Below the pieces are notes generated by a model. It was not told where the DNA came from, did no database searches, and was given only the letters and a program-made list of their open reading frames with translations. From assembly GCA_037129985.1 (NCBI GenBank), contig JBAXTW010000002.1, positions 14,904 to 78,903 on the forward strand: a stretch of DNA of 64,000 bases, written 5' to 3'. Numbering within the stretch: position 1 is the stretch's first letter; each line of letters starts with the position of its first letter. This document shows positions 26,951 to 36,925 of the stretch, piece by piece. A program made the position numbers and the translations under genes. Source of the DNA: Pseudanabaena sp. ELA645 (lineage in GTDB: Bacteria; Cyanobacteriota; Cyanobacteriia; Pseudanabaenales; Pseudanabaenaceae).

Positions 26951-29209
26951 TTATGCTTCGCCCATATATTTGAGAATCACTGTACTTAATGGCGGCGCAG
27001 TCACATCGATCGAATAGGGCTTGCCATGTGTACCGTAATCATCGGTATATTTACCGCCAAGATTGCCAACACCACTGCCACCATAAATCGATGCATCACT
27101 GTTGAGGATTTCCTTGTAGAAACCGCGTTCAGGCACACCAACACGATAGTTGTGATGGACAACAGGCGTAAAGTTACAGACAACTAGCACAAACTCACCA
27201 TCTAGCCCTTTTCGCAAGAACGAGATGACCGAGTTTTGGGTGTCATTGCACTCAATCCACTCAAATCCATCCTGCGTAAAGTCCTGTGTGTAAAGCTCAG
27301 GCAGCGATCGCAAAGTCTTATTAAGATCGCCGACATATCTTTGGAGCGTCTTGTGGTTAGGATATTGCAACAAATGCCATTCCAAATCACCCCAAACATT
27401 CCATTCCGCCCATTGCCCAAATTCCATGCCCATAAACATGGTTTTCTTGCCAGGGTGAGTGAACATATAGCCATAGAGACAGCGCAAATTCGCAAATTTT
27501 TGCCATTCATCCCCAGGCATCTTACCGATCATCGGACTCTTACCATGCACGACTTCATCATGGGAGAGCGCCAGCATGAAGTTTTCGCTGAAGGCATACC
27601 AAATACTGAAGGTGAGATAGTTGTTATTATGTCCACGGAAATAGGGATCGAGCTTGAAATAGTCCAACATGTCATGCATCCAACCCATATTCCATTTCAG
27701 GTTAAAGCCCAAACCTCCTGAATAGGCTGGCCATGTCACCATCGGCCAGGAAGTGGACTCTTCGGCAATGGATAAGGTTCCTGGGTAATAGCTAAAGAGA
27801 ATACTATGCAAATGACGGAATAGCTCGATCGCTTCGAGACTTTCACGACCGCCATATTCATTACGCAGCCATGTCCCTGTTGGGCGATTGTAGTCACGAT
27901 AGATCATCGAGGCAACTGCATCAACACGAATTCCATCAATGTGATATTTGTCAAACCAAAATAGAACATTCGCAATCAGGAAGTTCTTAACTTCGCTACG
28001 CTTGTAGTTAAAGATTTTGGTTCCCCATTCCTTATGCTCCCCAATTCTCACATCAGAGGGTTCATAAAGGAAAGTTCCATCAAAAAATGATAATCCATGT
28101 CCATCCTTAGGGAAGTGGGCGGGAACCCAATCGACAATAATGCCAATATCATTTTGGTGGCACTGATCGATGAAATACATCAAATCTTGAGGAGTGCCAT
28201 AGCGCGAAGTCGCGGCATAATAGCCCGTGACCTGATAGCCCCAAGATCCATCAAAGGGATGCTCAGCAACAGGCATCATTTCAATGTGGGTGTAGCCCAT
28301 TTCCTTGACATAGGGGATCAGGTCTTCGGCAAGTTCGCGATAGGTGAGAAACCTTGCTCCAGGCTTGAGGTCGGCGGCGGATACCGCAGGATAGCCACCT
28401 TCAGGAGGATTAATCATTGAGGCGTGCATCCATGATCCCAGATGCATCTCATAGACAGAGATGGGTTTTTTAAGTGGATCTTCAAGAGCGCGAGTTTCTA
28501 GCCACTTTTGGTCGTTCCACTTATAGGTGCTGAGATCGGTGACAATCGAAGCGGTTTTGGGACGAATTTCTTGAAAATAGCCATAGGGATCAGACTTTTC
28601 GTAGATATGTCCTTCAGGGCTTTTAATTTCGTATTTGTAAACGCTGCCCACGACTAGTTCGGGAATAAATAGATCCCAAATACCTGTATGCCCCTTACGC
28701 ATTTGATGCTGGCGACCATCCCAGTTATTAAAGTCGCCAATAATCGAGACGTTACGCGCATTAGGAGCCCATACCGCAAAATACACACCACTGACGTTAT
28801 CAATCGTGGTCAAGTGAGCGCCCATTTTTTCATAAATCTGGTAATGCGTCCCTTCACCAAATAAATAGGCATCAAACTCGGTTAGCAGTGGTGACTTGAA
28901 ATAGTAGGGATCATGGATCAAGCGATCGCTGTCGCCCGATTTAACCTTGAACTGGTAGCTAAATAAATGGGGCGCGTCACTAATGACACATTCAAAAAAA
29001 TGCGGATGATGCACTGAATGCATCGGATATTCTTTTTTCTGATCGGGCGTAACCACTGACACTGCATCTGCGTCGGGTAGATATGCTCTCACCACCCAGA
29101 CCGACTTACCATCTTGCTCAATTTCGTGGGGACCTAAGACGGCGAAGGGATCGTGGTGTTGATTCCACACAATGCGATCGATCTGCTCGGTGGGTAGGGT
29201 TGGGATCAT
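26951..29209 (-). CDS. glgB: 1,4-alpha-glucan branching enzyme
   Basis: HHDPFAVLGPH N-terminus, GH13 catalytic motifs (DWVPAHF, GIRVDAVASM, AEESTSWP, LSHDEVVHGK). The ATG at 29209 is preferred over the GTG at 29230. Confidence 0.92.
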   Translation of the reverse strand: MIPTLPTEQIDRIVWNQHHDPFAVLGPHEIEQDGKSVWVVRAYLPDADAVSVVTPDQKKEYPMHSVHHPHFFECVISDAPHLFSYQFKVKSGDSDRLIHDPYYFKSPLLTEFDAYLFGEGTHYQIYEKMGAHLTTIDNVSGVYFAVWAPNARNVSIIGDFNNWDGRQHQMRKGHTGIWDLFIPELVVGSVYKYEIKSPEGHIYEKSDPYGYFQEIRPKTASIVTDLSTYKWNDQKWLETRALEDPLKKPISVYEMHLGSWMHASMINPPEGGYPAVSAADLKPGARFLTYRELAEDLIPYVKEMGYTHIEMMPVAEHPFDGSWGYQVTGYYAATSRYGTPQDLMYFIDQCHQNDIGIIVDWVPAHFPKDGHGLSFFDGTFLYEPSDVRIGEHKEWGTKIFNYKRSEVKNFLIANVLFWFDKYHIDGIRVDAVASMIYRDYNRPTGTWLRNEYGGRESLEAIELFRHLHSILFSYYPGTLSIAEESTSWPMVTWPAYSGGLGFNLKWNMGWMHDMLDYFKLDPYFRGHNNNYLTFSIWYAFSENFMLALSHDEVVHGKSPMIGKMPGDEWQKFANLRCLYGYMFTHPGKKTMFMGMEFGQWAEWNVWGDLEWHLLQYPNHKTLQRYVGDLNKTLRSLPELYTQDFTQDGFEWIECNDTQNSVISFLRKGLDGEFVLVVCNFTPVVHHNYRVGVPERGFYKEILNSDASIYGGSGVGNLGGKYTDDYGTHGKPYSIDVTAPPLSTVILKYMGEA

Positions 29210-29462
29210 ATCTATTTTTACTAAACGCACATAATTAAATTACTGCATATTCTTCACCAAATTACGTTGCGTAATCCAAAGTAAAGAATGATGGAGTTTT
29301 TTATTGTTTTGTCAGATATGTTAAGTTGTTTTATTGGGGCAAGTATTGGGTTTAATTTAATTTGCGATCGTTACTGCATAATAGAGTTAGAACTAATTTA
29401 AAGATAACGCTGCTAGTCAATTGCGTTATCACTATTTAGTAGAGCAAGTAATCGGGTTAGCA

Positions 29463-30461
29463 ATGCATTTTATTGATCGAGTTACGATACATGTAAAGTC
29501 TGGAGATGGTGGCGATGGACTCGTCGCATTTCGTCGTGAGAAATATGTGCCAGCGGGTGGTCCTGCGGGTGGCAATGGTGGTAAAGGTGGCTCGGTGATC
29601 CTCCAAGCCACAACCGATTTGCAAACCCTCCTAGATTTTCGCTTCGAGAATATTTTTAAAGCTGAAGATGGTGAGCGTGGCGGACCAAGTAACATGACAG
29701 GTAAAATGGGCAGCGATCGCTTGATCAAAGTCCCCCTTGGTACGGTGGTAATGAATGAAGAAACAGGTGAAGTGTTAGGCGATCTTACCGATCTCGAACA
29801 AACCCTTGTCGTCGCTAGAGGCGGTAAAGGCGGTTTGGGTAACAAATATTTCTTGAGCAACCAAAATCGCGCCCCTGACTATGCCTTACCAGGTTTACCA
29901 GGCGAGGAATTAAATCTTTATTTAGAACTGAAATTAATTGCCGAAGTTGGGATTATTGGGATGCCAAATGCAGGCAAGTCCACCCTAATTTCGGTTGTGT
30001 CGGCTGCTCGTCCAAAAATTGCCGACTATCCTTTCACCACACTCGTACCGAATTTGGGTGTGGTTTCTAAGCCATCTGGTGATGGGATTGTATTTGCGGA
30101 TATTCCTGGATTGATCGAAGGTGCATCCGATGGCATTGGTCTAGGACATGACTTTTTGCGCCATGTCGAACGCACTAAGTTATTAATTCATCTCATCGAT
30201 GTGACTCAAGATGATCCTGTAGCGGCTTATCACACAATTCAAGAAGAGTTATTAGCCTATGGTCACGGTTTAGCCGACAAGCCGCAGATCTTAGCGCTCA
30301 ATAAAATCGATGCGATGTTGCCTGAAGATGTTGAGGCGATCGCTTCACAGTTTGACATCCCAATTCTCTCTATTTCGGCTGCTTCTAAGAAAGGTTTAGA
30401 TAATCTCTTGCGATCGGTTTGGAAAACTTTGGAGAAATTTGATCTGTCGCAAAACCTGTAG
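29463..30461 (+). CDS. obg: GTPase Obg/CgtA
   Basis: MHFIDRVTIHVKSGDGGDG...GGNGGKGGSV Obg fold plus G domain (GMPNAGKST, DIPGLIEGA, NKID). Confidence 0.9.
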   Translation: MHFIDRVTIHVKSGDGGDGLVAFRREKYVPAGGPAGGNGGKGGSVILQATTDLQTLLDFRFENIFKAEDGERGGPSNMTGKMGSDRLIKVPLGTVVMNEETGEVLGDLTDLEQTLVVARGGKGGLGNKYFLSNQNRAPDYALPGLPGEELNLYLELKLIAEVGIIGMPNAGKSTLISVVSAARPKIADYPFTTLVPNLGVVSKPSGDGIVFADIPGLIEGASDGIGLGHDFLRHVERTKLLIHLIDVTQDDPVAAYHTIQEELLAYGHGLADKPQILALNKIDAMLPEDVEAIASQFDIPILSISAASKKGLDNLLRSVWKTLEKFDLSQNL

Positions 30462-30566
30462 AAAAATGAGCGCGACTTGGAAAATGGTTGTGCCTCGCTT
30501 CTCGCGGCACAACCATTTTCAGGTTTTAAGTATGCATTTTGAATGACGATTAGCTTACGCGGTGAG

Positions 30567-32480
30567 TTACTCATGTTGAGGTGAGAATAACCCTTCACAA
30601 GAGCTTTTCAACCATGCGGTCTCTTCATCTGTGAGCATTGGCGACAGCTTCTCAATCACGATCGCACAGTAATTATTTAGCCATGCAATTTGTTCGGAAT
30701 TGAGCTTGTCGCGATCAATTAACTTTTTGTCAAAGGGAATATAGGTTAGTGACTCGAATTCATACCAAGGTGTTGGTTTGGTGGCTGGTTTAGTCGTTGG
30801 CGCTGGTGTTGGTTCCGATTCCTGTTTAACCTCCTTAACAAAATAGAGATTTTCCAAACGAATACCACCCCATTGCGGTTGATAGTAACCTGGTTCAATG
30901 CTATTGATTGTACCAAGATCGAGGGATTGGTTCACACGCTTACTGATGCCATTGGGACCTTCATGGACATTCAGAAATGCACCCACACCATGCCCAGTAC
31001 CATGCCCATAATCAAGCCCGCTTTGCCAAAGAGATGATCGGGCAATGCCATCAATTTGGCTACCTGTAGTTCCCTTGGGGAATCTTTGCATGGCACAATT
31101 AATATGGGATTTGAGAACTGCGGTGTAGCGATCGCGTTGTTCATCAGTCGGCTGACCAATACTTACAGAACGTGTATCATCAGTCGTACCACCATAAAAT
31201 TGTGACCCTGAATCTAATAGCAATAGTTCACCATTTAAAAGCTTACAACCATGATTAGGATTGCTGTAATGCACAATCGAACCATTCGCACCTGCACCAG
31301 CGATCGTTGGGAAACTGAGATCGATAAATCCTGCTTGCTGCTGGTACAACCCTTCGATCTTGTTGGCAACATCGCGCTCACTAATCGAATTTCCTTTATC
31401 AATTTGCTCCTCAATCCATTTAAGCGTAAGCGTCTTCGCCCAGCTAGCTTTCAGGTTTGCTTGCTGCATCTGCGCGATTTCTACGGGATTTTTAATCACC
31501 TTAAAAGTTTCAACAGGATGTTCGCCGTCAACTATTTTAGCGTTTACGTCCTTGAGTTGCAGATATGTACCGTAGGTAGTTTGCGAAGCTGCTAATAGCA
31601 CACGCTGAATGGTTTGAGAATCAGAGACAAGCGATCGCAACTTGGGAATGTACTGGTCATATTCAAGAATCTGCACTTCTCCACCGAGAAACTGGCGTAC
31701 AGTGTCATCAATTCGACTCGTATTCGTAAATAAATAGGCATTAGTCTCAGTAACGATCGCATAGCTAATAAAAACAGGATTACAATCCACGTCACGACCG
31801 CGCAAATTATACAACCATGCAATCTGATCCAGTTTGGTGACAGGCAGAATTGTCGCTTTCTTTTTCGCCATTGACTCACGCACACGCTCTAGTTTTTTGG
31901 CTAAGCTCTCGCCTGTAATCCGATCTGGCAAGGCTATCACTGATTGATCGCCAAATTTGGGGATGGGTTCATTTTCTGCCCAAGGGCTTTGCGATCGCAC
32001 GGCATCAACTAGATTTTCGATAATCGGCACGATTTCAATGTCACTGGTACTCAGGCGATCGCGAAAACGGCGATATTGAGCAACGGTAATCGTAAAGGGA
32101 TCGAGTCCGAGACGGAAGGTTTTCCCCGATTTGTGATCGTGTTTCTGCCCCAGTTCTTCGAGAACTTCTTCTACGGTCTGATGATCTTCTAAGCCCACTT
32201 TACAAACTTTTTGGAGGTTCGGATCAATTTGTAGATCGGCTTGCTCGTAATAGCGCGAATCCACAAATACCCATGCTTGATTAGTACTAATTAAAAAATC
32301 ACCTGCGGAGCCAGTAAATCCACTTATCCATTGACGGCGTTGTCTAGCTTCAGGGAGATATTCATTGAGATGTTCATCTGCCGAAGGCACAAAATATGCA
32401 TCTATTTCGTGTTTAGCAAGTTGCGATCGCAATGCGACAAACTTTTTTCTAGATTTTTCTAAGGAAGAATATGAAGTCAT
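30567..32480 (-). CDS. Xaa-Pro aminopeptidase (M24B, aminopeptidase P family)
   Basis: Creatinase-like N-terminal domains and an M24 core with DSGSQF, HGTGHGVGAFLNVHEGP, EPGYY. Confidence 0.85.
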   Translation of the reverse strand: MTSYSSLEKSRKKFVALRSQLAKHEIDAYFVPSADEHLNEYLPEARQRRQWISGFTGSAGDFLISTNQAWVFVDSRYYEQADLQIDPNLQKVCKVGLEDHQTVEEVLEELGQKHDHKSGKTFRLGLDPFTITVAQYRRFRDRLSTSDIEIVPIIENLVDAVRSQSPWAENEPIPKFGDQSVIALPDRITGESLAKKLERVRESMAKKKATILPVTKLDQIAWLYNLRGRDVDCNPVFISYAIVTETNAYLFTNTSRIDDTVRQFLGGEVQILEYDQYIPKLRSLVSDSQTIQRVLLAASQTTYGTYLQLKDVNAKIVDGEHPVETFKVIKNPVEIAQMQQANLKASWAKTLTLKWIEEQIDKGNSISERDVANKIEGLYQQQAGFIDLSFPTIAGAGANGSIVHYSNPNHGCKLLNGELLLLDSGSQFYGGTTDDTRSVSIGQPTDEQRDRYTAVLKSHINCAMQRFPKGTTGSQIDGIARSSLWQSGLDYGHGTGHGVGAFLNVHEGPNGISKRVNQSLDLGTINSIEPGYYQPQWGGIRLENLYFVKEVKQESEPTPAPTTKPATKPTPWYEFESLTYIPFDKKLIDRDKLNSEQIAWLNNYCAIVIEKLSPMLTDEETAWLKSSCEGLFSPQHE

Positions 32481-32523
32481 GAATTTTTTTGTTTTTTATT
32501 TCTTGTTTTTTACTTGAAAACCG

Positions 32524-32745
32524 TTATATAGACTTCTGTGACCTTGCCGTAGTCTCCGCCAACTGCCTCATAACTTGCGATAGTTCTGAAATGTGTCTAG
32601 CATTGTTTTCTTGCTGTAGCGCAATGCGATCGAGCGTATGATCTATGCGTTCATATTTGCTGGCAAGGGTCAACATAATCGACTTAACTGTATCAAGGTC
32701 ATCGGCTACTACTCCTTCAAGAATTGAGCCATTCTCATTAGCCAT
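32524..32745 (-). CDS. Small hypothetical protein (predicted helical)
   Basis: Isolated 73-aa ORF with an ATG in otherwise empty intergenic space. No domain recognised. Confidence 0.35.
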   Translation of the reverse strand: MANENGSILEGVVADDLDTVKSIMLTLASKYERIDHTLDRIALQQENNARHISELSQVMRQLAETTARSQKSI

Positions 32746-32861
32746 TTAATCTAATACCTTATGCTTCAACTAGATCTCCTGCAATTTTAACATGCATAAA
32801 ATTAGCCAATAAGTTATTCTCTTCTTGGATTTTGATTTTTTCCTAACACAACCAAAGGCAA

Positions 32862-33497
32862 CTATTTACGAGATTCTTTGATTTGATCGTCAATGCGACG
32901 CAAAACACCGTTAATAAATCGATAGCCATCTTCGCTGCTATAGCGTTTAGCTAGCTCCACCGCCTCATCGATCGCGACTTTACTTGCCACACTCATAAAC
33001 ATCATTTCCGCAGTCGCAATCCGCAAAATATCTTTATCCACCTGAGCAAGGCGATCGATTTGCCAATTAACGAGAGCGCTACTAATCATTTCATCGATCT
33101 CGGAACGCTTAGTATTTACGGTCTTGAGAATATCGATCGCATAGTTACGCACTTCGGTACGTTGAGCTAGCACTAAGGTCACAGGAAATTCTAAAGCTGC
33201 CCCAATATTATTAATGGCATTTTTGGTTAGCTCGATTGCTTCGCGCACCATTCCCTCCACAGCTTGGATATCTTGACGAATATCGCCAGTGCGGGTTTCG
33301 CTAGAGGATACGCGCTCTTGACCACGTTGCAATTCAGCGCTGGCGGTTTGTAATAATTCTTTGGTTTCATCATGCAGCGATCGCACAACAGCCGTGACAA
33401 TATCATCTAGGGTTTTTGTCTCTAGCTTTTGTGATTGGCTAGGCAATTGGTTAATACTAAAAAGTGCGAGTTCGCGGGCGATGTGGCGGGGTTGCAT
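32862..33497 (-). CDS. nusB: Transcription antitermination factor NusB
   Basis: MQPRHIARELALFSINQL N-terminus and C-terminal AIDEAVELAKRYSSEDGYRFINGVLRR typical of NusB. Start taken at the internal ATG. Confidence 0.8.
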   Translation of the reverse strand: MQPRHIARELALFSINQLPSQSQKLETKTLDDIVTAVVRSLHDETKELLQTASAELQRGQERVSSSETRTGDIRQDIQAVEGMVREAIELTKNAINNIGAALEFPVTLVLAQRTEVRNYAIDILKTVNTKRSEIDEMISSALVNWQIDRLAQVDKDILRIATAEMMFMSVASKVAIDEAVELAKRYSSEDGYRFINGVLRRIDDQIKESRK

Positions 33498-33623
33498 AGG
33501 AGGAGATAAAATTAAGCCAATTGAACATCGTATCATTCTCTTTGCACAATCTTTGCGGCAGTAAAGTGGGGCGCTTCGCGCCCCGCTTTACTGCTACTGA
33601 ATAATTATTATATTTAGAAAAAA

Positions 33624-33953
33624 ATGACCCAGACATTCACAGCGACATTGCATCACCAAGGACAAACTTTTACCGTGTCCGTTCCCGAAGACCAAGCCAT
33701 CCTCGATGCAGCGATCGCGCAGGGAATGGATTTACCTTGCTCCTGTTATGCAGGGGTATGTACAACTTGTGCGGCGCAGATTGTTAAGGGAGAGGTAGAC
33801 CAAAGCCAAGGTATGGGTATTGGCGGTATGGGTGAAGAATTAGATGCTAAGGGCTATATTCTTTTGTGTGTATCACGACCTAAATCTGATGTGGAAATCT
33901 ATACCAACAAAGAACAGGACGTTTATGCAATTCGATTTGGGCATAGCTCATAA
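33624..33953 (+). CDS. Plant-type [2Fe-2S] ferredoxin
   Basis: CSCYAGVCTTCAAQIVKGEVDQ...LLCVS cluster ligand spacing. Confidence 0.85.
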   Translation: MTQTFTATLHHQGQTFTVSVPEDQAILDAAIAQGMDLPCSCYAGVCTTCAAQIVKGEVDQSQGMGIGGMGEELDAKGYILLCVSRPKSDVEIYTNKEQDVYAIRFGHSS

Positions 33954-33954
33954 C

Positions 33955-34007
33955 AAAACCAAAAATTGTTGGGCGGGGCAAAGCCCCGCCCAACAATTTT
34001 TGGTTTT
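33955..34007 (+). terminator. 24-bp perfect-stem hairpin after the ferredoxin gene
   Basis: AAAACCAAAAATTGTTGGGCGGGG-CAAAG-CCCCGCCCAACAATTTTTGGTTTT. It overlaps the ORF-track TTG start of the next ORF, which argues for the later TTG at 34035. Confidence 0.7.
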
Positions 34008-34034
34008 AGATTAAAATCAGGAGGAAATACTACT

Positions 34035-34580
34035 TTGCGTCTCGATCGCTATACAACAGGAACATACACCACTGGCGCACCGCTCTGGAAGCAATTACTT
34101 TGGTACTTTATCGGCGCACCAGTTTTACGAAGCTATTTAATTCCTTTTTCGGGTTTAAAAGTGAATATTTTGCGTTGGTTTGGCGCAGAAATTGGGCAGG
34201 GAGTACGCATTAAAACAGGAGTGCGGGTCAAATTCCCTTGGCGCTTAATTATTAAAGATTTTGTGTGGATCGGTGAAGATGCTTGGCTAGATAATCTGGA
34301 CTTGATCACGATCGAAAGCCATTGCTGTATTTCTCAAGATGTTTATCTCTGCACAGGCAATCACGACTGGAGCGATCGCGATTTTGAGTTACGGACTGCG
34401 CCAATTTATCTCGAATCAGGTAGTTGGATAGCAGCACGAGCTACGGTTGCGGCGGGTGTAAGAGTTGGACAGGGTGCAATTTTAGGATTAGGTAGTGTAG
34501 CGACGCGATCGCTAGAACCGATGACAATTTACAGTGGCAATCCTGCGATCGCGATCAAATCTCGTAAAATCAAAGAGTAG
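34035..34580 (+). CDS. Hexapeptide-repeat acetyltransferase, WcaF-like
   Basis: Alignable by eye with E. coli WcaF over its full length (LWW, RWFGAEIGQGVRI, FPWRL, YLCTGNHD, GNPA). TTG start at 34035 preceded by AGGAGGA at 34018-34024. Confidence 0.75.
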   Translation: MRLDRYTTGTYTTGAPLWKQLLWYFIGAPVLRSYLIPFSGLKVNILRWFGAEIGQGVRIKTGVRVKFPWRLIIKDFVWIGEDAWLDNLDLITIESHCCISQDVYLCTGNHDWSDRDFELRTAPIYLESGSWIAARATVAAGVRVGQGAILGLGSVATRSLEPMTIYSGNPAIAIKSRKIKE

Positions 34581-34642
34581 GGGCGGGTTTTGCTGATAAC
34601 CTTACGGTGCATGGTCAAATCATCGACTAAACCCGCCCCTAC
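34577..34642. repeat. 66-bp GTAGGGGCGGGTTT...AAACCCGCCCCTAC palindromic element, copy 2 (inverted relative to copy 1)
   Basis: Its first bases provide the TAG stop of the acetyltransferase gene. Confidence 0.8.
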
Positions 34643-34696
34643 AAAAGATGATTATTTTGTTAAATTCCTAATCCTTAAATTATTTATTAAATTATT

Positions 34697-35647
34697 ATGA
34701 CTGTTGCCAATTCTGCCCCCAGCGCCAAAATCGGACTAGCCTCTCGATTAGTAAATAGCATCTTAGCGATCGCCCCCATATTCAACATAGCCAAACAACG
34801 CGCTCGCAAAATGATGATCGAACGCGCCGAGTCGATGGGGGTAAACTGGCTCCAAATTGCCGCCGATCTTCAAAAACAAGATCTTGATAGCGAACTTGCT
34901 AAAGTCCAAAATCCTGATTTGAAATATCCCGACTATTACATCCAGCCTTTTCATGCTTACGAAGAAGGTAATCTCGGCTGGACACCAGCGACCGAAGTAG
35001 AAGTTGCCGCCTTTGCTGTGCATTCACGGATTTGGAATGATGACCAACCTCCCGTCCAAGGCGATGCTCGTCTGCGTCAAAGTTACATTGATATTGTCAA
35101 AGAAAAAATTCCCACCCCACCGCAGGATATTCTCGATATTGGTTGCAGTGTTGGTATGAGTACTTTTGTGCTGCATAAGGCTTATCCGCAAGCGAAGATT
35201 ACAGGTTTGGATTTATCACCACATTTTTTGGCGATCGCTAATTACAACACCCGCACCAAGTATCCAGAACTTTTAGAAAATCAGCAAGTGCAGTGGATTC
35301 ATTCAACCGCCGAACAGACAGGATTCCCTGATAATTCCTTTGATTTTGTTTCCTGTTTTCTCATCTTCCATGAACTACCTCAAGAAGCAAGTCGGCAAAT
35401 TTTGCGAGAAATCCGCCGTATTTTGCGCCCCAATGGTTATTTCACCTTTATGGATATGAATCCCGCCTCAGATATCTATCGAAAAATGCCTCCCTATATT
35501 TTGACTTTGCTCAAGAGTACAGAACCTTATCTCGATCAATATTTTGCTTTTGATATGGAATCGGAACTAGTTGCCGCAGGATTTGCATCTCCCAGCATCA
35601 CCGCTAACTCCCCCCGTCATCGTACGATAATTGCCAAAGCTGTCTAA
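34697..35647 (+). CDS. Class I SAM-dependent methyltransferase
   Basis: Motif I ILDIGCSVGMST, followed by GLDLSP and FDFVSCFLIFHELP. Confidence 0.8.
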   Translation: MTVANSAPSAKIGLASRLVNSILAIAPIFNIAKQRARKMMIERAESMGVNWLQIAADLQKQDLDSELAKVQNPDLKYPDYYIQPFHAYEEGNLGWTPATEVEVAAFAVHSRIWNDDQPPVQGDARLRQSYIDIVKEKIPTPPQDILDIGCSVGMSTFVLHKAYPQAKITGLDLSPHFLAIANYNTRTKYPELLENQQVQWIHSTAEQTGFPDNSFDFVSCFLIFHELPQEASRQILREIRRILRPNGYFTFMDMNPASDIYRKMPPYILTLLKSTEPYLDQYFAFDMESELVAAGFASPSITANSPRHRTIIAKAV

Positions 35648-35763
35648 AAGCAAATAATCGTAAGTTATTATGATTGCTTCGATGTAGCAGATATTCTGTT
35701 AGTCTTAATAATTAATACCTGTGTAACTAACTACTAAATTCAAGATTAGCAGCATTCTTAATC

Positions 35764-36918
35764 ATGATTAGCACTCTTATTTACGGTCAAAGCTCAACAA
35801 CCACAAGCCTGCGCGAACGTATCTGTAAGGCTGTGGGAGAATCATACAATCTTGAAAAATGGAATGATTGGCGCTGGCAAGTCCGTCATCGCCTAACGAA
35901 ATTAGAACATTTTCAGCAAATACTCGACTTAAGCCCAGAAGAAGAACAGGGGCTAGCGATCGCCCATGAGAAGTTTGCTGTAGCCGTCACCCCATACTTT
36001 GCTTCAATACTCGATCCTCATGACCCAAATTGTCCGCTACGCCTACAAGTAATCCCCAAAGTACAGGAAACGATGATTAACTCTGGCGATATGATCGACC
36101 CCTGCGGTGAGGATCATAAATCTCCTGTACCAGGACTAGTTCACCGTTATCCCGATCGCGTATTGTTATTAGCCCTAGATACCTGTGCCGCCTATTGCCG
36201 CTATTGCACGCGCTCGCGATTGGTTAGCCAAGGGGAAATGAATCCTCTCAAAGGTCGCCTAGAGGCTATCATCAACTATCTTGAGGAGCATACGGAGGTG
36301 CGTGACGTTTTAATTTCTGGTGGCGATCCTCTGCTGATGGCAAATGAGGTGCTAGATGATTTGTTGGGTCAGTTACGCAAAATTAGTCATATTGAATTTG
36401 TTCGCATTGGCTCGCGAGTGCCTTGCTTTTTGCCTCAACGCATCACTCCAGAATTAGTGAAAATATTGCGTAAACATCGAGTTTGGCTGTCTTTACATTT
36501 TTGCCACCCGAACGAATTAACGCCAGAAGTTGCTCAAGCCTGCGATTTATTAGCAGATGGTGGTATTCCTTTGGGTTGCCAAACCGTACTCCTGAAAGGT
36601 GTCAATGACTCGGCGCAGGTACTCAAAGATCTATTTCACGGACTGCTAAAATTGCGTGTCCGCCCTTATTATCTCTATCAATGCGATCCCGTTCTTGGTA
36701 CGGCTCATCTCCGCACCACTGTTGAGACTGGACTAGATATAATGGCTCAGTTACGAGGTAAAACCACAGGCTATGCCGTCCCGACTTATGTGATTGATGC
36801 CCCAGGTGGTGGCGGCAAAGTACCTATTCAGCCAGAAACTTTAGTTGCCTATAAAAATGGTCAAGTTACCATTAGAAATTGGGAAGATCGCATTTATACC
36901 TATCCAGATCCTGTTTAG
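35764..36918 (+). CDS. kamA: Lysine 2,3-aminomutase (KamA-family radical SAM/PLP enzyme)
   Basis: WNDWRWQVRHRL N-terminus, radical SAM CAAYCRYCTRS, VLISGGDPL, and C-terminal DAPGGGGKVP. These closely parallel Bacillus KamA motifs. Confidence 0.85.
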   Translation: MISTLIYGQSSTTTSLRERICKAVGESYNLEKWNDWRWQVRHRLTKLEHFQQILDLSPEEEQGLAIAHEKFAVAVTPYFASILDPHDPNCPLRLQVIPKVQETMINSGDMIDPCGEDHKSPVPGLVHRYPDRVLLLALDTCAAYCRYCTRSRLVSQGEMNPLKGRLEAIINYLEEHTEVRDVLISGGDPLLMANEVLDDLLGQLRKISHIEFVRIGSRVPCFLPQRITPELVKILRKHRVWLSLHFCHPNELTPEVAQACDLLADGGIPLGCQTVLLKGVNDSAQVLKDLFHGLLKLRVRPYYLYQCDPVLGTAHLRTTVETGLDIMAQLRGKTTGYAVPTYVIDAPGGGGKVPIQPETLVAYKNGQVTIRNWEDRIYTYPDPV

Positions 36919-36925
36919 GGAAGAA

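Noticed and set aside
29432-29860. 142-aa minus-strand ORF inside obg
   Set aside because: It is a proline-rich antisense shadow of the Gly-rich Obg fold, and obg itself is unambiguous.
36845-36925. ORF-track N-terminal extension of the ATP-grasp gene overlapping the kamA 3' end. Similar extensions occur at 57759-57872 (overlapping xseA), 40726-40875, 33966-34034 and 16239-16271.
   Set aside because: Each extension overlaps an upstream gene or runs through a strong hairpin. In each case an internal ATG, or a TTG with a Shine-Dalgarno sequence, gives an N-terminus consistent with the protein family.
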